Shown in pieces: positions 49,249 through 58,778 of a stretch of DNA of 64,000 nucleotides; position 1 is the first letter of the stretch; each line of letters starts with the position of its first letter. Position numbers and translations under genes: made by a program. The stretch lies in the NCBI GenBank assembly GCA_038889075.1, contig JAWAHS010000002.1, positions 268,930-332,929 on the forward strand, given 5' to 3'. The notes beneath the pieces are model-generated. The model was not told where the DNA came from. It was given only the letters and a program-made list of their open reading frames with translations, and did not search any database. Source of the stretch: Ignisphaera sp. (GTDB lineage: Archaea; Thermoproteota; Thermoprotei_A; Sulfolobales; Ignisphaeraceae).

Positions 49249-50730
49249 CTACACCCTACTCTGTTTGAATACTGTATACAGTGCTAATAGTATGAAGAGA
49301 AGTAGTGGAAATGTAATTATGTAAAGTATTATGATATCGATTTCGATAGGTAAGGGTGTGCTACCTCTAACAAGAAGCACTATAGGTGTAAGGGCTATGG
49401 ATGTCATTGTGAGGAGTAGAACATAGGGTGATAGACCTAATGCTTTTAGATTAATCGTACCTAGAGTGTTCACGTTTTTATGTATTCTTATATGTGCCAG
49501 GAGATACTTTGCACTATATAGTATTGTAAGAGAGGTCTCAATCGATATTATGATTATTGTGAAGAGGTAGATCCAATCTTTAGCGATGTAGTGGAGTAGT
49601 GCTGAGAATATTAGCACCTTTGCTAAAAAGCCTATGGCTGGCGGCATTCCAAATATAAATAGAATTGATAGTATTGCTGAGAGCGACTCTATTGGAGCAA
49701 CTCTATATATGTAGCCAAGACTATCAATATTTCTTTCATGTGTCAGCAATTCAATTACGCCAGAGTCGATAAATAGTGTAGCTTTATAGAGTGCATGGGC
49801 TACTGAGAAGGTTAGAGCAGCATATATAAACGTGGGATCAGCAGATTTTATATAGAATGCAATAAGTATTGCTATTACACCAGTATTAGATATGGTGCTA
49901 TATGCAAGAAGCCTCTTGATATCACGTTGATATATTGCCTGAAGAGCACCATATACTGCAGCCAGCGATCCAAATACGAAGAGTATTGAAAAAGCCGTAC
50001 CTGCATCTATTGCAAAGTGGCTTAAGATTACAAATCCATATATCCCCATCTTAACCATTATACCAGATAGAAGGGCTGAGATGGGAGCAGGTGCCATAGA
50101 GTGGGCATCAGGTAGCCAGAAGTGGAGAGGTACAATAGCAGCCTTTGCCATAAAGCCTAAGAGTGCAGTTATTGTCAGAGCTGGTGATGCTAAATCTAGA
50201 TTCAGCTCTAAGAGAGTTATGGTTAAGATATTCTCGAAGTTGGATACCGCTAAAATTAGGAAGAGCGCTATATCTGTTGGAATCATTGAGAAGATCAGGT
50301 ACTTTAATGAGGCATTCATAGCCCGTGTATCGATTCCGACTAGTGTATCGTACGCTATTGCAAGAAATCCTATGATTTCAGACATTAGCCAAAACATTAC
50401 GAATTCTAGAAGGTATTTCGAACTCAGTGTTGCTATTATAGATATGGTAAGACCGTCTACCAACAGCTGAAGGGAGTTTGATCCATACTTTTCACTTGAG
50501 TAGCCAGCTGTGTAGAGGGATACTATGAGTGAGACTAAAATCGACGTTAAGAGGAGTATTGATTGAAAGAAACCATAACCGATAATAAGGTTCAGGGAGA
50601 GAAGCATTAAGTATCCAGATATTTTTAGCAATCCTACAGAGAATCGACTCCTAGTCCCTGCATTCCCAATAAGGATCACTACTGTAGATAGCGAATACAG
50701 TAGGTATCTACATAGATCATTCATCTCCAT
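49249..50730 (-). CDS. MrpA/NuoL/HyfB-like proton-conducting membrane subunit
   Basis: KAAIVPLHFWLPDAHSMAPAPISALLSG..VKMG, KRLLAYST, HALYKATLF, GMPP..GFLAK. Confidence 0.88.
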   Translation of the reverse strand: MEMNDLCRYLLYSLSTVVILIGNAGTRSRFSVGLLKISGYLMLLSLNLIIGYGFFQSILLLTSILVSLIVSLYTAGYSSEKYGSNSLQLLVDGLTISIIATLSSKYLLEFVMFWLMSEIIGFLAIAYDTLVGIDTRAMNASLKYLIFSMIPTDIALFLILAVSNFENILTITLLELNLDLASPALTITALLGFMAKAAIVPLHFWLPDAHSMAPAPISALLSGIMVKMGIYGFVILSHFAIDAGTAFSILFVFGSLAAVYGALQAIYQRDIKRLLAYSTISNTGVIAILIAFYIKSADPTFIYAALTFSVAHALYKATLFIDSGVIELLTHERNIDSLGYIYRVAPIESLSAILSILFIFGMPPAIGFLAKVLIFSALLHYIAKDWIYLFTIIIISIETSLTILYSAKYLLAHIRIHKNVNTLGTINLKALGLSPYVLLLTMTSIALTPIVLLVRGSTPLPIEIDIIILYIITFPLLLFILLALYTVFKQSRV

Positions 50731-50778
50731 ATTGCTTCACATCTCCCTAGCCGCTATAGCCTTTACACGTTCTATCAT

Positions 50779-52344
50779 CTAGCTAATTGTAAGCGTTCTA
50801 ACTATATATGTATTATAGTTATTCACTACATCAAACCCTATACCAAGTACAAATTCCATAAACGGTCTGTAGAGAAAGAAAGCCGTGCCCAGTACTACGA
50901 CTAGCGTGAGTAGAGTTAGTGACGTAGTATATGGAATTGCAATATCTTTAATTATCGGCTGGACAATACCCTTTGATACAATAATTCTATATAGTATTTT
51001 GAAGTATCCAGCTGCAGCTATACCTGATATAACTAACACTAGTACTGCATATATAACAGTACCAAGCCTTACACTTGACAGGACTAGAAGAGCTTTACTC
51101 CAAAAACCTATGAATATAGGTATGACACCAAATAGATTCAGAATACCTCCACTGAATATTGCAACGATCATCTTCTTCAGCTTTAAAGAGCCTAGACATT
51201 CGACAGTCCTTCCACAGCATACTATCGATATACCTGCTAAATAAAAGAGTATCGCATCTCCTAGGGAGTTGGAAAGAATATGGAGTACAGCTGATGCTAT
51301 TCCCTCTATATTATCTAGTGAGATGCCCAGTAGAGCAAGGCTGAGTTGCACCATGGTGCTATATGCTATAAACCTCTTTACATCCCTCTGAAAGTTCATA
51401 AGTAGAGCTCCAATAAGTGCTGATATGATAGCCAGCACTCGAAGAAGCAATAGAATGGAGGCTCTAAAGTCTGCTAAGACGCTATCGTATCCAAAGATTG
51501 TATATAGAATTCTCATCAATCCATAGAGACCTACAGTATCCGCTATTGCTGTAAATGCCGCGGCTATAGGTGTTGGTGCTTCACCATATGCATAGGGTTG
51601 CCATGCAAAGTTTAGAGGAAATATAGCTGATTTAAATAGAAAGACCCACACCATTAATGATATCGCTACCTTTGATGACACTATGATATCGCCAAATGTA
51701 GTACCTGTAAACTCTGTTACTGCATTCGGATTTCGTGTCTTGAGAGCTATATCAGCCATATTTAGGGTTCCAAAAGAGCCATATATGATAAATGTGGAGA
51801 GGAGATATAGCGAGGTCACCATCATTCCTGAGATGGCGTATCTCAGTGCGGCCCGGATGGCTCTTGGGCTATCTCTATAGAATGCGGTAAGTGCATAGGA
51901 TGAAATTGCTAAAAGTTCTAGTGATACAAAGAAGTTGAATATATCACCTGTATACAGGCATCCAATAGAGCCTGTAGCCATGAGAAATAGTAGCAGGTAG
52001 TATAGGTAGAGCCACCTGGATCTAATCATCCACGAACTGTATATAGATGTAAGGAATAGCATAAACATTGATAAGGTACCCAGAAAGGCACTTAATCTAT
52101 CAACAGTATAGACTATTCCTAGGGGAGCTGGAAATCCTCCAAATCTATAGACTAAAATACCGCTGTTAAGTGTTAGGATGAGGATATAGAGACTTATTAT
52201 GAAGGCAATTAGGCTAGCAGTTATGGAGAGTATCGTATAGATTCTCCTATCCTTAGTTATAAATGAGAGTATGGTCACAGATATAGCTATACTCATCAAG
52301 TATATTGGGAGAAAACCTAGGAGAAGTATAGTCACGGGATTCAC
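50779..52344 (-). CDS. mrpD: Mrp Na+/H+ antiporter subunit D
   Basis: GDIFNFFVSLE, FKSAIFP, APTPIAA, KRFIAYST, GFWSK. Confidence 0.88.
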   Translation of the reverse strand: MNPVTILLLGFLPIYLMSIAISVTILSFITKDRRIYTILSITASLIAFIISLYILILTLNSGILVYRFGGFPAPLGIVYTVDRLSAFLGTLSMFMLFLTSIYSSWMIRSRWLYLYYLLLFLMATGSIGCLYTGDIFNFFVSLELLAISSYALTAFYRDSPRAIRAALRYAISGMMVTSLYLLSTFIIYGSFGTLNMADIALKTRNPNAVTEFTGTTFGDIIVSSKVAISLMVWVFLFKSAIFPLNFAWQPYAYGEAPTPIAAAFTAIADTVGLYGLMRILYTIFGYDSVLADFRASILLLLRVLAIISALIGALLMNFQRDVKRFIAYSTMVQLSLALLGISLDNIEGIASAVLHILSNSLGDAILFYLAGISIVCCGRTVECLGSLKLKKMIVAIFSGGILNLFGVIPIFIGFWSKALLVLSSVRLGTVIYAVLVLVISGIAAAGYFKILYRIIVSKGIVQPIIKDIAIPYTTSLTLLTLVVVLGTAFFLYRPFMEFVLGIGFDVVNNYNTYIVRTLTIS

Positions 52345-52844
52345 CCAAAGATCTTCTTTGCAAGCTCTTCAAACTTCCCTGAAATAATCTTTCTAGCCTC
52401 AATAGCATCTAGTGTAGCAGTTTCTATCCAGTGTATAAATAGTATCTTCGACTGTTTATCTACGTATAGAGTAAGGGTACCTGGTGTATTTGTTATCGAT
52501 AGTGCTAGGAGTGTTAGACCATAATCCGATTCAATAGTATATGGAATTGCAATTATGGAAGGTCTAAGCCTTCCACTATCCATTAATATTATTCTGGCCA
52601 CCTCTATATGGGACTTCACTGCAGCGTATATAAAGTATACAAGATACTGCAATAGGTAGACTATCTTCGTAAGGTCTCTCAATTGAATAGCTCTAGCAAG
52701 TAACATCCTATCAAGTGCTACCGCCATGAGAGCTGAGATTATAATACCGAATAGTATCGTAAACATCCTTATGCTACCTGTGGAAATTATGTAGAAGGTG
52801 AATATGATTGTGAATATTGCCAGTTTATTCAAGAGTCTCTTCAT
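52341..52844 (-). CDS. mrpE: Mrp antiporter subunit E
   Basis: SITNTPGTL, LFIHWI. Confidence 0.88.
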   Translation of the reverse strand: MKRLLNKLAIFTIIFTFYIISTGSIRMFTILFGIIISALMAVALDRMLLARAIQLRDLTKIVYLLQYLVYFIYAAVKSHIEVARIILMDSGRLRPSIIAIPYTIESDYGLTLLALSITNTPGTLTLYVDKQSKILFIHWIETATLDAIEARKIISGKFEELAKKIFG

Positions 52845-53247
52845 AGGCTTCAGCCTCCTCTGTTACGTGTATGTCTGTAGTTCCATAGTGTTTGTAGTAC
52901 ATTAGAATTAGGCTCAGCAGAAACATATTGCATGCAATTCCTATTACAATTGCTGTAAGGATCATGGCTTGGGGAAGAGGATCAACGGCCATGCTGATAA
53001 GCCTTTCAATATCCCTAACCGATGTGGGTATGTCTTCAAGTATCGGTGGGGATGGGTAGGATCCTGGAATATATCTGAAGCCTATAAATATCGCAAAGAT
53101 GTTTATAGAATCTGTAAACATTATCAGACACAGAAACTTCTTTATTAGTGAAGGTCTCGAAAGTACTCCATATAGAGCTATAGCGGTATTGAATACAAAT
53201 GCTATCATGGCTGTTCTAAAGGCGAGTGAGATGAGAAGGTCACTCAT
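52825..53247 (-). CDS. mrpC: Mrp antiporter subunit C
   Basis: DPLPQAMILTAIVIG. Confidence 0.92.
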   Translation of the reverse strand: MSDLLISLAFRTAMIAFVFNTAIALYGVLSRPSLIKKFLCLIMFTDSINIFAIFIGFRYIPGSYPSPPILEDIPTSVRDIERLISMAVDPLPQAMILTAIVIGIACNMFLLSLILMYYKHYGTTDIHVTEEAEAYEETLE

Positions 53248-54052
53248 ATGCCTCAGCTACTTCATTGATGTTCTTCAGTTCATCTTCTCTGAGAATCAAC
53301 ACCATTATTGCAAATGTTAAGCCTGAAAATACTATTAGGAATTCAAATAGATTGTATAGAAATATGGAGCCAGCAAGAGGTGTATCGAGGAGGGTTCTGG
53401 GCATTGATAGTATCGAGTCGTTCTTAGCCATATTCTGAAGTATATAGGCATTTGAACCGGAGAGCACCCCTATAATAACTATGGATAGGGAGGTAAGTAC
53501 TATTGCTAGAAGACCGGAGAGTCTCAAAAGCATGAGTTTTGATGTATTTAACCCCCACTCATATAGATACTCTATGGAGAAAACAGCGGTAGCTAGTGTT
53601 GCTGCTACAACAGCTATAGCTCCTCCCTGAAATCCTCCACCGGGTGTGAGATGTCCATGGATAGCGGTTGCAAGTCCGTATACCACTATAAGTGGTATGA
53701 TTATCTTTGTAGCGCACTTCGCAATATCGGATAGACCTTTAGCACCAAGCCCCCTTAGCTCTATATATCCTCGTAGAACTACCAGTATGGCTACTATGGA
53801 GGCAAATAGAACGGTAGTTTCATAGATAGTGTCCAGTCCTCTATAGTCCCACACAATAGCTGTTACAGCATTTAGTGAAAATGATGTCAATCCGATGCTC
53901 CATGGATTGTATGAGTTTAGAATAAAGCTTGCTCCAATGGATCTGAGATCTGTAGGTGTTATTGGACCCAGTCCTTCAAAGGTGATTGTAAGGGAAAGTG
54001 CTAAGACTAGTAGTGCTAGGGAGAGTGCCAGTATAACATCCTTTCTATTCAT
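53240..54052 (-). CDS. mrpB: Mrp antiporter subunit B
   Basis: NAVTAIVWDYRGLDTIYE, HGHLTPGGGFQGG. Confidence 0.92.
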   Translation of the reverse strand: MNRKDVILALSLALLVLALSLTITFEGLGPITPTDLRSIGASFILNSYNPWSIGLTSFSLNAVTAIVWDYRGLDTIYETTVLFASIVAILVVLRGYIELRGLGAKGLSDIAKCATKIIIPLIVVYGLATAIHGHLTPGGGFQGGAIAVVAATLATAVFSIEYLYEWGLNTSKLMLLRLSGLLAIVLTSLSIVIIGVLSGSNAYILQNMAKNDSILSMPRTLLDTPLAGSIFLYNLFEFLIVFSGLTFAIMVLILREDELKNINEVAEAYE

Positions 54053-54312
54053 CTTTCAAACCTCTCTGTCTTTTTAACTAGTAGGAATAGTAGAAGTGGA
54101 ACAACACCTACTGAAACAGGTATATATGTCAGTACAAGGTCGGGAGCCATTAACAGAAGGTATAGCAGTGAATATGAGATGCCTTGAGTAAGTGTAAGAA
54201 CTGTAGCTAAGAGTAGATCACGCTCCTTAACAACCAGATATGTTATGAAGACCGATAATAGGGATGAGTATATGATGACTATGTATGGAATTAGGGATAT
54301 ATCTATTGACAT
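54049..54312 (-). CDS. DUF4040 / MbhD-like Mrp subunit
   Basis: RDLL...LMAPDLVLT motif, 3 TM. Confidence 0.82.
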   Translation of the reverse strand: MSIDISLIPYIVIIYSSLLSVFITYLVVKERDLLLATVLTLTQGISYSLLYLLLMAPDLVLTYIPVSVGVVPLLLFLLVKKTERFER

Positions 54313-54683
54313 AATCCACCCTCTACTTTATTCTCAAGTGCATCATACAGTAGAGGCTTTCTAGGAGCTTGACACATTATATATGCTGCTTTAGCAAGGC
54401 TATGGGCACCTGTTGGCGCTAGAATCAGAATAAGTACTGCTCCAGCTATGGATGTACCAGCTAGATAGAACCTATGAACACCGAGATCCTCAAGAGCTAA
54501 CGAAAGTAGAGCCACACCTATTAGTGGAAGGACAGAGCCACCGATAGCCCCAATAGTTACAGCATGAATCCTGGTAAAGAAGTTTGGAAGCTTTAAAACA
54601 CCAATAGCACTTACAATATCAAAAAAAGCACCTACTATAATTGCTGTAAGCCCTACTATTGAAAGCACCGTGTCCACAACCAT
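54303..54683 (-). CDS. mrpG: Mrp antiporter subunit G
   Basis: GVLKLPNFFTRIHA, APTGAHSLAKAAY. Confidence 0.9.
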   Translation of the reverse strand: MVVDTVLSIVGLTAIIVGAFFDIVSAIGVLKLPNFFTRIHAVTIGAIGGSVLPLIGVALLSLALEDLGVHRFYLAGTSIAGAVLILILAPTGAHSLAKAAYIMCQAPRKPLLYDALENKVEGGLCQ

Positions 54684-54686
54684 TAT

Positions 54687-54968
54687 TTAGTCACCCATCT
54701 CCTTGGCCTCAATATACTTAGATACATAGAGGTCCAGAGCATGTATCCATAGAGTTAGGGCTATGAGTCCAGAGGCTACTATAGGTCTCCGTAGGAAAAG
54801 TGCAAGAAGAGCTATGAATACAGAAAGATCATAGCTTAGAGCATCTAGAGCCAGAATTCTATCAGGTATCGTAGGACCCTTAACCAACCTGATTATATAT
54901 AGTATAGATGATAATAGATAAACCGAAATGACGATACCAATAACACTGTATATCACATCTATATCCAT
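54687..54968 (-). CDS. mrpF: Mrp antiporter subunit F
   Basis: GPTIPDRILALD. Confidence 0.9.
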   Translation of the reverse strand: MDIDVIYSVIGIVISVYLLSSILYIIRLVKGPTIPDRILALDALSYDLSVFIALLALFLRRPIVASGLIALTLWIHALDLYVSKYIEAKEMGD

Positions 54969-55272
54969 AGGTGAAACCTAGTAGATAGTAATATCCAAAA
55001 CCTTAAAACTATAACTCCTAATCAGCTAGAGCTACACTACTGAATGAAAGCAGCTATAAAAATCCAGATATAGCTATAGGAATCAACCTACCAAATTATG
55101 ATAGCCGGATATACACCTTTCAATACCCAATCTATTTATCGCTAAACTCCTCTCTACCCTAAATGGTGAGGCTCGGTTGCAATCAGACTTATGCAACTCC
55201 AATAACTACATACTGCAGTAGCACGATGTATTAAAAGTATATAACGGGGAGAAAGGATTAGGCTATATATTG

Positions 55273-55323
55273 ATGATGAGTGGCGATGGCAATGATAGGT
55301 GATTGAACCGGATAGATGCCTGA
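55273..55323 (+). ncRNA. Box C/D guide sRNA
   Basis: C ATGATGA (55273), guide GTGGCGATGGCA, D' ATGA, C' GTGATTGA, guide ACCGGATAGATGC, D CTGA (55320); BRE/TATA AAAAGTATATAA at ~55233-55243. Confidence 0.78.
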
Positions 55324-55490
55324 ATTGTATTAGATAATATTGAGCCGGCTTGTACGGTGCTATTAGATCAATAGTATCTGAGTTCTTTTTCTATATTAAA
55401 AATACTGCAAAACCTAATGCTGTATCTATTTCACCTAAATTTATTAGAGGGATTTAGAATATCTTCATAGTATCCTAGGTGGTTTGGTAT

Positions 55491-56219
55491 ATGTCAATCT
55501 CTACGGAGCTTTTGTATCAAGTTGATAGCTATTTAAAGGAGTTCGAGGCTAGGGTTGTAGAGGTTTTGGATAGAGGTATTATATTGGATAGAACGGCGTT
55601 CCACCCTAGAACAGGTGGCGTTGCTAATGATCTTGGCACGATTTTTATTGAGGGTAGGAGGATGGATGTTACGGATGTTTACATCGATAAAGAGAGAAAA
55701 GTTGTAATCCACACAGTTGAAGGATCTCTAGAGGGTGTAGAGCCTGGTATGGTGGTCAAGGGTGTTATTGATTGGAGTAGGAGGTACAGGTTGATGAGGC
55801 TTCATACAGCTGCACACATACTTGCAGCAGTTATGTATAGAGAGTATGGTGCTCTTATAACTGGTGGTAGTGTAGAGCCGGACTACGCATACGATGATTA
55901 TGGTCTGGAGAGGTTTGATAGAAAAATATTTGAGGAGGTTGTTCTAAAGGCTAATGAAATTGTCAGACGTGGTGTGGAGGTAAGGATATACTGGCTTAAG
56001 AGAGACGATGCTCTTAGGATACCCGGTATAGTTAAGCTTGCAGAGAGAATGCCTCCTGAAGTAGAGACTCTGAGAATAGTTGAAATACCCGGTATAGATA
56101 TACAGGCTGATGGAGGACCTCATGTAAGGAATACTGCAGAAATTGGTGAGATAACGATGATCAGAGCTGAGAATAGAGGAAAGAATAGAAAGAGACTCTA
56201 CTATACAGTAAATCCATAG
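55491..56219 (+). CDS. alaX: Alanyl-tRNA editing protein AlaX (AlaX-M)
   Basis: LDRTAFHP..GG, RLHTAAH, ADGGPHV.NT.EIG. Confidence 0.92.
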   Translation: MSISTELLYQVDSYLKEFEARVVEVLDRGIILDRTAFHPRTGGVANDLGTIFIEGRRMDVTDVYIDKERKVVIHTVEGSLEGVEPGMVVKGVIDWSRRYRLMRLHTAAHILAAVMYREYGALITGGSVEPDYAYDDYGLERFDRKIFEEVVLKANEIVRRGVEVRIYWLKRDDALRIPGIVKLAERMPPEVETLRIVEIPGIDIQADGGPHVRNTAEIGEITMIRAENRGKNRKRLYYTVNP

Positions 56220-56515
56220 ATATAGCGTACCGCCTACCTTTGTTACATAAACCACCTACTGTGGTTCTCGGCTCTACTACCACCTTTACTATTTCTCTGC
56301 GGCAATTCTTGAAATTCTCGGACACTCCTTAAATTCCTGAAGACCACGGTCAGTATCTTACTACTATCAAGCCTCTAGTCCTAATAGTCAAACAGTGCTA
56401 GAACATCAGACGGACCCAGCTCAAATCGTGCTTGGAACCCAGCTTTAGTGAAGGGATAAGGTGTAGCAATTTTCAGTATCCAGATACATGAAATCGTAGC
56501 CTAGATCTCAACCAT

Positions 56516-57076
56516 CTATAGAAATCCTGCTAAGCCTAGTATTAGTCCTACTGCTGCCGATATCAATATGAGTACTACCGGATCGATATTGAATTTTACA
56601 ATAGCAATGAAAATCGCTACAGCCATTAGTACAGTTACCGCTGCTTGGTTGAGATTCAACCCTTTAAATACTCCTCGTATAACCGTTATAAATGCTGACG
56701 CGATTAATCCTATCACAGCAGTTCTAATACCAAATAGTATACTTCTCGTAACTATGTGCTGATAGAAGTTTGTTAGTATAGTCGCTATAGCTAGTATAAC
56801 TGTAAATGCTGGCATGACAACTCCCATAGTGGCTATCAGAGCCCCTGGAACTCCTCCGAGTTTGTAACCTATGTATGTTGCAGAGTTTATTGCTATTGGA
56901 CCTGGGGTAGATTCGGCAATTGCAATTACATCTATGAACTCATCTTCAGAGAGCCATCTATTTCTATCTACAACCTCGTATTTGAGTATGGGAATCATCG
57001 CATAGCCGCCGCCAAACATAACGGAGCCTATCTTTAGAAATGTTATGAATAGCGTAAAGAGTATAGTGAAATTCAC
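56516..57076 (-). CDS. chrA: Short-chain chromate transporter (ChrA family)
   Basis: FGGGYAM, ESTPGPIAINSATYIG. Confidence 0.9.
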   Translation of the reverse strand: MNFTILFTLFITFLKIGSVMFGGGYAMIPILKYEVVDRNRWLSEDEFIDVIAIAESTPGPIAINSATYIGYKLGGVPGALIATMGVVMPAFTVILAIATILTNFYQHIVTRSILFGIRTAVIGLIASAFITVIRGVFKGLNLNQAAVTVLMAVAIFIAIVKFNIDPVVLILISAAVGLILGLAGFL

Positions 57077-57096
57077 AAGGATCGCCAGAGGTGTGA

Positions 57097-57774
57097 CTAT
57101 GGCATCTTTTGAAGTCGTTCTCCTGTTTTTAGCAATATCTTAGCGATTTCAATAACATCATCTATGGTATAGGCATAGAAGGTGGGTCTTACATCGACTT
57201 CATTGCATCCCCTCCAGCATATGAGTATGGATATAGCTCCTAGCTGATTAGCTGGAGCAATATCGTATTTAGTATCACCAACAACTATAGCCTCGTTAGG
57301 TTCAATACCAATTTTTTTCATAGCTTTAAGAAACATTTCAGGGTCGGGTTTTCTTCTAATAACCTCATCGCTTCCAACATAGTCGTCGATAAGATTAATT
57401 ATACCAGTATTCTTAGTTACCGCTTCTATAGTCGCTCTACTAGTCGATGATGCAATAGCGATTCTAAGCCCTAGTTCCCTAAGCTTCCGAATACCATCAA
57501 CAACGCCTGGAAATGGTGTAATGCTGTCTATCTTTTCAAGATATATTCTCCTCTTTAACTCTGCCAAGTTCTTTGCCTTCGATTCATCGCCAGTTATAGT
57601 AAGTGCTATATCTTCTGCAGCTAAACCAACCAAGTCCTTAATCATATTGATTGTGGTGCTATCTAGCTTTGCAGATATTCCAAGCAGTTTACATGCTTCA
57701 ATCCATGAAATTAGATGGATATTGACACTATCTACAAGTGTTCCATCGAGATCAAAAACAATTCCTTTTATTAT
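57097..57774 (-). CDS. HAD-superfamily hydrolase (subfamily IA), probable ATA start
   Basis: ORF 57097..57645 extends in frame upstream to I-I-KGIVFDLDGTLVDS (motif I); ASS, KPDP, VGD...D; AGGTGA SD 6 nt before ATA 57774. Confidence 0.85.
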   Translation of the reverse strand: MIKGIVFDLDGTLVDSVNIHLISWIEACKLLGISAKLDSTTINMIKDLVGLAAEDIALTITGDESKAKNLAELKRRIYLEKIDSITPFPGVVDGIRKLRELGLRIAIASSTSRATIEAVTKNTGIINLIDDYVGSDEVIRRKPDPEMFLKAMKKIGIEPNEAIVVGDTKYDIAPANQLGAISILICWRGCNEVDVRPTFYAYTIDDVIEIAKILLKTGERLQKMP

Positions 57775-57975
57775 TGTACATCACCTACTTAGAGAGGTTT
57801 GCAATCCTAAAGCTAATAAGCTTTAGCATCCAACAACTTACCACTAGACTTACATTAACAATAGATGGCCACTCAACTACCAATTTATGTATAGCCTTGT
57901 ACTCTATCTATTCAGTATCCTAGCTGTAGTAGCTTCTTAGCTGAAAGCCTCGTTATTTTGTAAAGTATGTTGGCT

Positions 57976-58638
57976 CTAGTCAGCACATGTGTATCTATAT
58001 CCGCCAAAGCTGATTCTATCTATATCTAGGTTCAGCATCTTTGCAAGGGAGAGTATCAGTCTAGCTGTTAACCCCCGTGCAATTCCCATAGCAGCTTCGC
58101 ATACATCTGAGATTTCTGAACCGAGATAGTTGGGAGCTGTTTTATCAAATAGTATTTCAGCTGATGGTGGTATGCCCTCTTCACCAGCCCAGACAACTAA
58201 TACCACAGGTACCTTCGGCAAAGCGTATATCTTTACCGCAGCATCTCCAATTTCAATGGGTTGGTAGTTAAAGGGTTTAGCAGCCCTGTATAGAAGTTGT
58301 GGATCTGATCCAAATAAACTCTCTACAGCCTCCATGTTCTTCCTCAAATTTGGACAGTGGATGAATGGACACAGCTGACGCGATAGCGATACGAGTTCAC
58401 CTACTTCCTCAATCTCATTTCTAGTCTCCGAGTATAAGGACAGTATATAGTATAGACTTATACATTCTCTATCCGTTAAAAATCTTTCGAGAATCTCATC
58501 GTATACAGAACCATCTACAAGATTCAGTCTCAAACCAAAGAATCTAAGCTCGTTGTCCTTTTCAAAACCAAGCCTTCCAGGGAGACTCCTTATCTTATCC
58601 CTGGCCCTCTCCCAAGACCACTGCTGCCAAAAACCCAC
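57976..58638 (-). CDS. DUF3786 domain protein
   Basis: GDAAV.IYALPKVPV.LVVWAGEE..PPSA.ILFD pattern. Confidence 0.78.
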   Translation of the reverse strand: MGFWQQWSWERARDKIRSLPGRLGFEKDNELRFFGLRLNLVDGSVYDEILERFLTDRECISLYYILSLYSETRNEIEEVGELVSLSRQLCPFIHCPNLRKNMEAVESLFGSDPQLLYRAAKPFNYQPIEIGDAAVKIYALPKVPVVLVVWAGEEGIPPSAEILFDKTAPNYLGSEISDVCEAAMGIARGLTARLILSLAKMLNLDIDRISFGGYRYTCAD

Positions 58639-58778
58639 TGGAGATCACCAAGGCTATCCTACGTATACAGACCTATTAAGTTTTACGTTAAGAGGTTTTA
58701 GCCAGCATGAAATCTACACGTTAATCTATGTACTGCTGGTAATGGAAATAGTCTGGGGAATTGGTTGTACAACCACTA

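Noticed and set aside
56414-56444. Two copies of ACCCAGCT complementary to 23S peptidyl-transferase-region sequence
   Set aside because: Not flanked by C/D or H/ACA elements; 8-mers are too short to be significant
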